Positions 24,199 through 34,956 of a DNA stretch of 64,000 bases are shown here, in pieces (within the stretch, counting starts at the first letter, position 1; every line of letters begins with the position of its first letter). The position numbers and the translations under genes are program-made. The notes beneath the pieces were generated by a model that worked only from the letters and a program-made list of their open reading frames with translations, was not told the DNA's origin and did not search any database. Source of the stretch: Tubiluchus corallicola (lineage: Eukaryota; Animalia; Priapulida); contig JAQGDQ010000445.1 in the NCBI GenBank assembly GCA_030141605.1, forward strand, positions 62,001 through 126,000, written 5' to 3'.

Positions 24199-27100
24199 CA
24201 TTTCAAACTTTAAAGAATGTCATTTAAACTTGAGTCAAAAAATAGTGTTAAAAATGGTTGCACCATTTGGTCATTGTGAGAGTTTAAATTTTCAAGTTTT
24301 GTACAGCGTCGCTACTAGTCCAAGCTCTGTATACAATAGGACGGCATGCAAGTGATATACAATTTCAAGATGATTTTTTAAAGCTGTATTTACGAAGAGT
24401 GTTTTCTTGTCCTTTAAACTTTTGAAACTAAATCGAGAGAATCGGAGTCTTAACTTGAACAACTCGCTTTGGAACTACGGGTCGCATACCTTGACCTCTG
24501 GGCCGCATGGTGTCTTAAGTCCCAAGTCAAGGGAATGTTGGAATGTTTTTGATATTTTTGTTTTACAAAGAAACGTATGTTTCATTAGAAATGTATATAT
24601 ATTTAGTTACTGACTGTATCTACAGATTGGGATACTGATTATGCATGACCTTTTCTTTTACGATCATTTGAGCATGAAATTAAATTGCATGTCATATTAT
24701 TTTCCCAAGTTCATCGAGTGATTAATTAACGTTGATCTGTAGCAGGATGTCATAAACAGTTGTATTTTCATATTTTTATTTCAACTTGAAATGAAATATT
24801 AACATTTAAGTCAATATTACAGTAACAATTTTGTTAGTTTCTGGTAATTTTATATTCATTTTCTTAGTTAAGAATTAGAAAATTTTATGTATAAAATGTA
24901 TTTTATATTTATGTATTAATTGCAGCACTGCATAATACTAATTTAATACTCGGTTTGGGGTGGCTGATTCGATAACAAATGTTTTTCGCCACCCCTTCCC
25001 ATTTGTTTGGCTTTTTTAATTTATACCTATTTTTCTTTGTATTGATATTAGGATGAAAAATGAATGATCTGATTTGATTTGATTTAAAAGATGAACACAT
25101 ATCTTGGAAAAATGATTTAATCTTAAAAAAATTGAAAAAATGATTTGAATATGAATGTTTTAAAAAACTTAAAAAGATGAATTATTTATGCTTCATTTTT
25201 GAAGTGTTTGTTTTTTGTGCTGTTAAGTTGTTTTCTGTTGCAGATCAGTTCTGGAAGACATTCATTTTGACGGCAAGCGAATAATCAGTCTTTGCAAAGC
25301 TTACCTGGTAACTAAACCATTTAAAATGTTTTTGTTTTCAATAGTTTTTTATCCGTATATGAAGAAGTTCTGAAGGTAATTGCTAAGACACTAGACCAAG
25401 TAGAGTACAGATGAACTTTATGTTTAGAAATCATTAATAACACTATACATTGCTCACTCAGTTTACGTGGCATGCTTACTAAGTGATCTCTGAAAACCAA
25501 CTGTCCAGGTAAAATTTTCCATGAAGCAAGGAAGCCAGCAATTCAATGAGGGTAAATGTTATGCGTACTAGTTCAAGGATGAAAGTTTAGACTGTATACA
25601 AAGAAATAGACTTATTTTATAGCTGAAATTTCTTTTGTGGGATTTTTAATGTTTTAACAAGAGAATTATCGCGGACTCGCTGTTCGTGGGTTTTCAAAAA
25701 TATTAATGTAAAATATTTATCGCGGTATTTTCGCTGTTTCGCGGGTTTTTGCGCTACTCCGTCTAAAGCATTTTTCACATGCATAGTACGTATTATACAG
25801 TAATGTATAGATTTGATGAATTCTGCATAAAAAATCACAAAATGTATAAAATATATTAAAAATATTAATTCTAACATTGAAAGAATATTATAAATCATAA
25901 ACAATTCCCATTTACAGTAAATAGTGTATATATTCGGCGGATGAATACACACCAAAAACGAAATGTAGTACTTGTGCCCGCTTGAGATGCTGCTACTTGC
26001 CGACTTGAGATTGTACACAACACACGATTGGTTGATTGATGGAAAGCGACCAACCAGAGAATGCTGGTCTGTATCCCGTCACTGATTGGCTATTAATGTA
26101 TAATTACTAAAATACGTATAGTGTTCCTACTTTGCCGAAATTCACTTATCTGGACGGAACACCCGCGATAAGCGATTGAACACTATACTACTAATTTAAG
26201 GAACATTCATTTAATTACAAAAGTAAAATTTCAAATAAAATACCATTCTGAATGTTAAATATCTGCGCGACACCGCGTTAAGTCCTTATCATCAAGTGTG
26301 TCAAAATTCGCCTCCCTGCAAACAGCAGTATGGGTACTCTTCGCCTGCTGAAATCTTCGAGTTCCCCATATTTTGTAATTGCTTTAGTCACTAAAATGGA
26401 GCATATGGCACATGTGATCAGAACAAAGTGGGAGCTCTACAACTGACCGGTTTTTTCTTTGCTTTATTTCTCGTTTTTTACAGGCTCACAAGGCTGAGAT
26501 ACGCTCTGCATTGTCTAACATCGGAAGCCATCCACCGCACATAATTGACGTGGATTGGCGGCTGGATTATTGCGTAAAGGTGAGATACCTTATAACACGT
26601 TTGATAAGTGATTGTTACATTGTAGAAAAATAAGCTTTAATATGTATATTAAAGGAAAAGACAAGCCATTTTGCATGTTGGGTTTATTTTATTGTTATCA
26701 CTTAAACTTTGCAAATATTTCTTCGTACTTTCTGCAGTGCATAAAGCTAATTTATACTACCGTTGTGTAGAAAATTTCACTTCAAAACTGTGACGTAACT
26801 GGTGGACTTCATGACTCTGTGTAAGCGCTTCGTGGTTTTCCATAATTACGTGATGCTTAAACTAATTTACAATTATCCAGGTTACCTAATGTTCATGCAA
26901 AAATATCACAAAGTTAACTATCTAATTTTATGGTATTTTTCACTTGAAAATTATGACGTAACTGGTGGACTTTGTGACTTTTCGTAAGCGCATCGTGGCT
27001 GTCTCTAAGCGCACACTGTTGAAACAAATTCACACTTCTGCAGCTAATGTGCATGCAAAAATATCATAGAGTTAATTATCTAATTTTATGTAGAAACTTG

Positions 27101-29908
27101 TTACAGTTTTTCTGGAAATTCACAGCTTCCTGCCTTTGTTTAGCCAAAGAACGACATCATTAGTGATTGAATGGGCTTCAAAATGAGAGCGCCCAATCGT
27201 GAAATGTTCCTGACCTTAAAGTGATTTTACTAATTACATGAGGCACTTATTGCACTTTTACTACAAACATGTTAAACACTTAAATAAGTTCATCTTCCCA
27301 CAAAGCTAGACTTTTCCTTTAACAATTTATAATATTAACATCAAAATTTTTATTAATTATGGTACAAATGCACAATTAATGGAATTTTGAAATCAACCTT
27401 TGAAGAATGATAAATGCGAAAATTTGAATGCGTTTCCATTTGAATCATGGCCTCTGCCTTGTAAGCAGAAGGTCTCTGGTTCAACCCTGTCTACGTCACA
27501 ACATTTTCACATTTCTTGTCTTTTAAAATTTGGTTTCAAAATTCAATTAATTGTTGGTTTGTACGTTTATTCCTTATAGATTATGTTTGTTGTTATGCAC
27601 TCAAAGCACTGGAAACATGTTCTTATCGTAGATAGCTGTGGTAGGACTGGCACTTATCTAGCATCAATTTTGTTTTTCAGGAAAATAGTTTAGAAAGAGT
27701 GAACATTCCGATGTACCTTATCGACTTGCACACGGACAAGGTCGATGAAACGGGACAAAGCAAAGTTCAATTTTCCTGCACGATCGAGCAGTTGCAGGTA
27801 CAGCATTACTATGGCAACATAAATTAAACAGTCACATTTACCTGTTTGACTTTCTTAGAACTGCTTTGTTCATTTTGCATTTTTGGTGGTCACTAAATTC
27901 TGACAAGCTCCTTAAACACCACGAACAATTTTTTGCTCAGATACGTTTTTGCCTCGTCATTATTCAACTTATCAAACATTACATTAAATATTTAGTGAGT
28001 CTTTATAAGTGTATACCATTGGAGTGCTGCTTGTATTGTAAAAATGGTCTCGTTTCATCTGATGTTTCTGATCCACAAGAATTCTGAAAAAAGTGCTGAT
28101 TTTTTAGGAAGAAGCCAATGTTTTATATCAGGGGTGTGCTAATTATCTGACTAGCCTGGCCACATTAAACTTTCGCGCAATTCCTGCGGGCCACAGGCAC
28201 TTTGATCAAGGAGCCAAGTACAGAAAGGCCTAATAACGATTTTTTTTGCATCCGACCTGCGTACATCATTACTACTACACTCAAGAAACTATTTTAGAAG
28301 TTATTGAAATTTATATTACAAACCATATATTTCTACTTTCAGGACAGATAGTGGTAATTTCATTACAATGCATATTACTAATGTGTATCACACAGTCTGT
28401 GTAGTACAGTGACATTAAGCTACAACCGTCTTGTAAGGGTTAATGGCATCCGATCTAGTAGAAAAAACTACCCGCACTATCTTTGGGATCGTGGCACGGA
28501 CTTCAGCTAGATACACTCAATTAATCGCCCGGGCCGCACTTTCACTAGGTTGGCAAATCTTTTCGCGGGCCGCACAAATTCTCTCGGCGGGCCGCAATTT
28601 GCACACCCCTGTTTTATATAATACAAAATTTACGTACTTCCATAGTTTTTCATTGTAGTTTTATTAAAAAACATTGATTAATATCTTTGATCAATGATAT
28701 TGTCACGAAAGGTGTGTGTACACTTTTTCTCACTATGCACACTATGCCTTCGGCGGTCTTATTATCCCAGAGTTGCCCTCCATTGTGCGACAGAATGTTT
28801 TTGCATAAACGTACTCTTTAATCAGCGACAACAATGGCAACGATTTTTTATTTATTTATAATACATCTATGAACTGAAGTTAAGAGACTTATATGTCCAT
28901 TAAAACATCGTAAAACATATCGACAATGTACAGAAAGTGAAATTACTGCTAAAAGTAGAAAATACATAGTATATGGTTAGTACAATATAAACACACAAGT
29001 AGGTGCAAATAAATTAAAAGTGTCGGTAAAAAGATTAAAACTTGATTAGAACGATAAAAAATGTTATAATTAAGGTAAAAAATTTGCATCTTAGATCATT
29101 TATCAAATCACACATTTTCTAGTAAATATTTTTTTAAAAGTTTCTTAAATTTATTTATATTACTGGCTTGTTTTATTTTACTGGGTAAATTATTCCACAT
29201 TACAGCACCATTATACATGACAGAATGTTTCATAACGTTTGTTCTGCACTTAGGAATATGGAATTTGTGGTATTGTCGAGTTTGATATGAATACATACTG
29301 CTATTATAACTGAAAAAATGGTGATACATATTAAGCGAAAGATTATTAACATATTTGTACATGAACAAGTTAGTTTGCATATCGACTACCTTAAGCATTG
29401 TCAGCATTTTCAAATTTTTGAAGAGATTGTCGGTATGAGCTCTATAATGATGATGATAATGAATTGTTACGCGAAGATTTCAGTACACCGGTGCCGACCG
29501 TTCGTGCTTGTTATCAAAGAGGATGTGATGTTTTTTATAGTTTTTAATGTGTGTAGCAGACTTAGCTTTTTTTGTTAATCTTACTTACAAATTCGTGCAC
29601 GAGGCGCCATCTGTGGCGGAAATGTAAAGCTTTTGGTTTTGGTCAGTTTTTCAGTTTGTTACCTGCTAGTCACCTGTCTGTTTTACTCACCTGCGCTCTG
29701 AACAGTCGGGTTAATCCACTTTATGGGATATGTGAGACATTTATGTACTGATTATAAACAATATTATGTACAATAAAGCATTCAGTGCTATTAACCTCTG
29801 TTGACAGTGTTTCTGTGACTACAATGTGTACGATACTTTTTCTTGCAGGAACTTGTTAGCAAGTTAAAAGAAGCTTCAATGTCATTAGAGAAAGCATCGC
29901 AGATGTAG
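21297..29908 (+). CDS. COMMD3: COMM domain-containing protein 3, spliced CDS span, 6 coding exons, 197 aa
   Basis: Exons 21297-21435, 23029-23146, 25244-25307, 26484-26579, 27681-27797, 29849-29908 join in frame (594 nt). MELSGSVQE start, LLEAAKHDAD, SVLED, PHIIDVDWRLDY (COMM-domain WRL motif) and FSCTIEQLQELVSKLKEASMSLEKASQM* parallel vertebrate COMMD3. Confidence 0.95.
22406..22911. mobile_element. Kolobok-like family A, inverted diverged copy
   Basis: TTAA|AGGGGAAG ... GTTTTCTTGTGCT|TTAA. Confidence 0.65.
23029..23146 (+). CDS. COMMD3: COMMD3 coding exon 2
   Basis: long pyrimidine tract then cag; ...VKGAYGSLVTLLLEAAKHDADETSL; donor AC|gtatgc. Confidence 0.9.
23475..24200. mobile_element. 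Two opposed LINE/SINE 3'-end fragments with hairpins and microsatellite tails
   Basis: Minus copy near 23475-23615 with (TTGAA)-type tail; plus copy near 24000-24200 (GGGATGGC...TTTCGCCATCC hairpin, AATAAA, (TTA)n tail). Confidence 0.55.
24910..25085 (+). mobile_element. Retroposon 3'-end fragment with (GATTT)n tail, copy 2
   Basis: Similar to 5065-5232. Confidence 0.75.
25244..25307 (+). CDS. COMMD3: COMMD3 coding exon 3
   Basis: gttgcag| SVLEDIHFDGKRIISLCKAYL |gtaact. Confidence 0.9.
25665..26186 (-). mobile_element. Inverted, truncated copy of the 10136-10678 pogo-type MITE
   Basis: Reverse-complement identity over about 500 bp (e.g. GATGGAAAGCGACCAACCAGAGAATGCTG). Confidence 0.88.
26484..26579 (+). 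CDS. COMMD3: COMMD3 coding exon 4
   Basis: ttttacag| AHKAEIRSALSNIGSHPPHIIDVDWRLDYCVK |gtgaga. Confidence 0.94.
26653..27318. mobile_element. TTAA-flanked Kolobok-like MITE family C
   Basis: TTAA|AGGAAAAGACAAGC ... GCTAGACTTTTCCT|TTAA; internal duplicated GACGTAACTGGTGGACTT; related fragment near 51920-52130. Confidence 0.75.
27362..27564. mobile_element. Palindromic element with a tRNA-Thr-like segment (internally deleted copy)
   Basis: Inverted arms (ACAATTAATGGAATTTTGAAATCAA / TTGGTTTCAAAATTCAATTAATTGT); anticodon arm TCTGC-CTTGTAA-GCAGA and B box GGTTCAACCC. Confidence 0.6.
27681..27797 (+). CDS. COMMD3: COMMD3 coding exon 5
   Basis: tttttcag| ENSLERVNIPMYLIDLHTD...VQFSCTIEQLQ |gtacag. 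Confidence 0.94.
28129..28611 (-). mobile_element. hAT-type MITE, copy 2 (inverted relative to 18548)
   Basis: CAGGGGTGTGC TIRs; exact 8-bp TSD TTTTATAT; high identity to 18548-18989. Confidence 0.93.
28845..29420 (-). mobile_element. L2/Crack-group LINE 3' fragment
   Basis: ORF 29413-29108: LFMYKYVNN...YSYQTRQ...HIPKCRTN...SVMYNGAVMWNNLPSKIKQASNINKFKKLLKKYL, followed by an (AAAT)n tail. Confidence 0.85.
29849..29908 (+). CDS. COMMD3: COMMD3 coding exon 6 (last)
   Basis: tcttgcag| ELVSKLKEASMSLEKASQM*. Confidence 0.94.
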   Translation, partial: ELVSKLKEASMSLEKASQM

Positions 29909-29990
29909 CGAACAACTAGATCGCATATGTGCAGAATGAGAAAATAACTGGGAAAATAACTAATGTATGTAAATATGTGGTATTATTGAT

Positions 29991-30810
29991 CTATAGTTAA
30001 GAACAACACAACTTTATTAAAAACTTTTACATTAAAAAGTTAAAATCATGTCAAACTTTTCGGCTAGCTGTTGCTGGTCATCATCAGTGGTAAATTTACA
30101 AAAATACAACCAGATGTCTTAATACCTTCGAAACCAAATTGCTAAGGCGCGTTCTCGGCAGACCGCATCAAACGTCGCCGTCTGGAATATCTGGGGCATT
30201 TCGCTCGAATGGCCCGCTCCCGCCTACCGTTCATCTCCATATTCGAGCTGGCGGCAGCAGCACCCCGCTGCACGTGGAAGCGCTGCAGAGGAGGTCAACA
30301 GAAACATTTCTGGCATCAAATCAAGCGCGATATTGTGTCTTCTCTTGGGCTGGACCGCTACCACCAAGTTTCCGATGATCTCACAGAGCTGCCGTCGTAC
30401 TGCGAGGACCGGAAGCAGTGGCGTGCGATGGTTCCGGATGCTAGCTGTGCTGGTCTGCCTCCACCTGGTGGGGGCAGCAAGTAAGTAAGTACAACCAGTT
30501 TATATAGGCAGATTTAGCACTAATTAAGTAGTTAACGGAAGCCAAGCAAGAAATTGATATAGCAATTTAAGTACTAATCTAAGCACTTTTCTTTACTGGT
30601 CTGCTTATTCATTACCTATTTGGCTTCTGTTAACTACTTAATTAGTGCATAATAGGCTTTGCCTATACAAACGGGTTGTATGTTTGTAAATTTACCACTG
30701 GTGATGACAGCAGCAGCTAGTCAAAATGTTTGGCATGATTTTAACGTTTTAATGTAAAAGTTTTTAATAAAGTTGTTTGTGTTTTTAACTATAAATTATA
30801 AATGTTTTTA
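29991..30810. mobile_element. Fold-back element made of two inverted Penelope-like terminal repeats, copy 1
   Basis: About 200-bp inverted arms once the RTE insert is removed; each arm has a degenerate CTGATGA...GAAAC hammerhead and TAATAAAGTTG; same family as 53788-54072. Confidence 0.8.
30114..30489 (+). mobile_element. 5'-truncated RTE-like non-LTR retrotransposon nested in the fold-back element
   Basis: LNTFETKLLRRVLG...WHQIKRDI...CEDRKQWRAMV C-terminal motifs, (AAGT)n tail, TSD (T)ACAACCAG at 30105-30113 and 30490-30498. Confidence 0.85.
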
Positions 30811-31007
30811 GGCACTTGTAATGACATCGTATTGATTGTTATAATTGTACATGGACCGATGTATCTGAAATAGCATGTTAAAATAAAATGCCTAATACAT
30901 GATTTTTGCATAGTGAATCAAATTAAACACTTGTAGTTACTATTGCAAACTATCATTTTTTCACTCAGTTTTTGTTATAGTTTCTTGAGTCAATCTATTG
31001 TCCCTTG

Positions 31008-31513
31008 AGGAAGACCGCATGATTGTCTAGACATTAGTTCAAAATAAAGAATGCTCTAAAATATTGTAAATCAAAGCTTAGGTTAAGTAATAATCACCTC
31101 GGATAGTTAAATCTTGTTAAACTTTCTAAGCAGCTCAACGAAGCCACAAAGGCTGGCAATGGCGCCTTTTTGTCACATTTGCGTGATCGACAAATAGGCG
31201 CGGTACCATGATAAGCATGATCACGAACTGCAGTGTTCGTCTGTGACATCAGTGTGACGCACGGCTCATTTTCGTGACATCACATCTGCGCCTTGTAGTA
31301 ATCTTCGCTTATGCAAACGTGCTTGACACTCAGGGAAGATGTCCACCATTGCACAAACTGTGGTTGGTTTGGTTTGTGATGTAAGCGATAGCTGCGTTCG
31401 GTTGCCGTTAATTAACTTTCCAAGGTAATTATTTAAATATTAGAGACAAGAAAATGTATATTTTAGACAGTAAATAAAAGTGAGATCAAGTCTAACCAAT
31501 CTTCTTGTTTCCT
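31008..31513. mobile_element. Kolobok-like MITE family B, copy 2
   Basis: Colinear similarity to 17338-17850. Confidence 0.75.
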
Positions 31514-32288
31514 TTAATGGTTGCCATTGATAGCTTTACAATGTATATTTGCAGTAATTAAAAATTAAAATGTTATGTGATGTTTGAGTTTTTGTATCTT
31601 TGACATTAATAGTTTGTGTCGCTAGTAAAAATGTTCAAACTGACAAACTGATTTGTTCATATGAATTAACAATATTCCTTTCTATAATTTCAATTTTTAT
31701 TCTTCAACTGCATAAACTTTGTACAACGAATCACAATATCACGATAATCGTACATCGATAACTAAAAAGCTTTCATAATGTATTACACGAAAACAAATTA
31801 AATTTAATGTAAGCGGTAAATACAGTAAGCATTAAAATTGTATTCAGAAATAAAAGAAACGATAATACTAATAACAGTGGGGCTAAAAACAGTCATATTT
31901 CGTAACTAAAAATAATCGAGAAATATGTTTATACATAAAACTAAATAGTATCAGTCGTATTCTGTAACTAACAAAGTACTCGAAAAATATTTTTTCAAAA
32001 AAGTAAATAGAATCGGTCGTATTCTGTAACTAACAAAATAGTCGAGAAATATGTTTATACATTAAAAGTAATAAGAATAACTTTTTCGATAGAACCTACT
32101 GCAAAACAAGATAAAATAAGATCCAACTAGTATGTAGTTTTACAGGATTTTTCTAAATCTAAAATAACTAATGTATACTGCAACAGTTTTAACAACAATT
32201 TACTACTTTCACGGTGTCAATTTTGTAAATTCGTTGGGATTTTACAGCAAGAAATTGCGGAAATGATTGTCGTCTCAAAAAATTTTTA

Positions 32289-32990
32289 CGTTGCATTCAG
32301 ACAGGGGAGTTTTCTTTCTGAGAATAAACTCTGATGGTTGCGAGTTCTGTCGGCAAGTTTATGCAAACTTTCCGAGAGTTGCTGCGAGTTCTCCCCACAG
32401 TAAACGAGAAACGACGCAGCAAAACTCGCGACGGTTCTCTAGGTTTTACATGTCAAATGTAGATTTTGGTAATTCAAATGTGTCCTGGTAACTCAAATGT
32501 AGACTTTGGTACTTCAAATGTGTTAACAATGGTTTTCAAGAAATCTTAAGCGTTTTTGGCAAGTCAAATGTAGACACGTCAAGTCAAACGTGACTTAGCT
32601 ATCTCAAATGTGGATAGGTGGTAAAGCTTAAGGAAGTAAAATTTAATCTCCTTTAATCTTAAGTTAATAATTGCTCTTAAGTTAAAACAACAACGTTATA
32701 GGTTCACTAATATTCCGCAAACTTTACATACCATTGGAACTGTTAGAGAAAGCAATACATTCTTAAAATAAACAATGTTTCTAGAGATATATTTATTCAA
32801 AGTACCGCATCTACACTTAACTTACCTAAGTCACATTTGAGTTACCAAAACACATTCGAAATTCCTATGTCTACTTTCCTATGACTACATTTGACATGTA
32901 AAAGCTATTGTAAAGCAGTTCACATTTGCGAGTTTACTCTCAGTCTCAGAGTGGACAATTAAGAGAAATCTCTTTAGTCTGAATGCACCA
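32289..32990. mobile_element. PIF/Harbinger-like MITE containing a nested inverted-repeat element (about 32440-32905)
   Basis: TTA|..TGCATTCAGAC ... GTCTGAATGCA..|TTA; inner IR TTTTACATGTCAAATGTAG / CTACATTTGACATGTAAAA with TCAAATGT subrepeats. Confidence 0.7.
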
Positions 32991-33499
32991 TTACGCTTGT
33001 TATGTTGATAACTAATAATTGCAAGGAAAAATTTCACCCTAACATATCCCAGAGTTCATTGCTGCCGTAAGCTATCGAATTCTCGGCTTATTTTTTCACT
33101 ACCTGTGAATGATTTCCATGATTAAGAACTAAATGTACCTACTATCAAGAACATATATGGTTTGGTAGGAGGCAACAATTCATACACGAATTATTTATGC
33201 CACACTGGGATGAACACATGAACTAGATATGCAATAATAATAATAGTGTTTAACATGTACACATATATACACATGACAGTACCAGTACATAATTATGTAT
33301 ATACAAGTATAAATAAGGTAATCGCTATAAGAACAGAAACACAGACATTTCAATACTTCGTCATCCGACTGTATGTGGTTTTTATACAAGCTCATTGTAT
33401 AGCTGGAAATATTATGTGTGGATTAAGAGAATGTGATATATACAATAGATTAACTTGATAAATAAAGTCTTGAGTAATATACTTCTGAAGGTCTTTAAC

Positions 33500-33830
33500 A
33501 TACTAGACGTTTGGAGGGGGGCGCATGGTTAATATACACACACTGAGAAACTGGTGATGGTATTAGAGGTTATGAAAAGAGGTGAAACAAGCAAAACAAA
33601 CATGGTGGGTGCAGGCTAAAAACACGGTTAGATTTACTGACATGTTAGGCAGGATGGCACCCTCATGGTAGAAACAGCAGAGGGTGCTAGTGCTCGGAAG
33701 TGATTTCTCTGATATTCGGTGGAACTTTGTCCACAAACATATTGCTCTGGGGTAGGAGTATAAATAAATATTGACTCTTACTGATGGCTGAACAAATTTG
33801 TTGTCATCTTCAAGAGATGGGGTGATGTAA
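33500..33830 (-). mobile_element. Decayed LINE 3' fragment
   Basis: Minus-strand translation RVNIYLYSYPRAICLW resembles the 'YKYSFFPRTIxxWN' ORF2 terminal motif. Confidence 0.45.
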
Positions 33831-34956
33831 GTTGGTAATTTATACCTATCCTGTGATGCGCTATATCATGAAAGAAGTTTTAGTATCGTTTTTCAGCGTC
33901 TAAGTGCTTCCCACCCGAGTTCGGAGATCACCTTAGATCACAAATGTGACAGACATTACAGACTAGTGTTATTAGTTTGTGAAAGGCAAAGTCTAGGGTA
34001 ACATTGTCGTCTTACTCCCTTAAAACTCAAATAAATTGCATTAACAAATGTCTGTTTTGATGTAACAGACCTTCCAATAGCAAGTTACAAATTTGACAAA
34101 AATGCTGCATCTTAAAACTCAAATAATTTGTGTTCTGTTCTGACATAACAGATGTTCTAATAGCACGTTGCAAATTTGACAGAAATGTTGCTTCCCCGAG
34201 TCGCAATGATATACATTGCAGTAACAAGTCAATGCAGTGAAATTAACGAATATTTGCCTGTACTTGCACATGATTTGATTAACGTTTACAAAACTGCACA
34301 GACTAGTATAGAGCAAGGAAAACGCAGTAGACGTTGAACATGTAGTGCTACTGCGAAAGATAAAAACTTACAACTGCATTAACTTTTTTGGGTTATCTTT
34401 CGCTGGGGAAAAGTGAAATGGTGTATGTGAAAACAATGCACACGTCTTCTGTGTGAACAAATGCGCATGCGAAACTAACGCACCCGTATTTGGTGTGAAC
34501 AAATGTGCATTCTGAAACAACGTACACACATTTTGTGCGAAAACAATGCGCACATTCTATGTGACAAATGCGTACGCGAAATCGATGAACACGTATTTCG
34601 TGTGAACGAGTATGTAGTTAGCAATAATCGTCTTCTAGTTTATTATTTACAAACAACAACTAAAGGACTAGATTGTCAGTTGTCAATGCACAGCAACTAT
34701 GCACAAATTGCAATAGACGTGTCTTGCACACGTTCTGATGAATTTTAATATGCCATATTATTACAACTCTTCAAGAAGTTCCGTAAAAATCTACAGACTG
34801 CGAACGCGCCTTTTCTAAAACCGAAAGCGAAAATGACACACAGACATTTATAATATAATCATTAAGGACCTACATATATTACATTTTTAACACGAAATTC
34901 ACGAAATGTAACACAGTGCGTTGATAAAAGTTGTCACATCGTGTTCAAGCTGGTGG

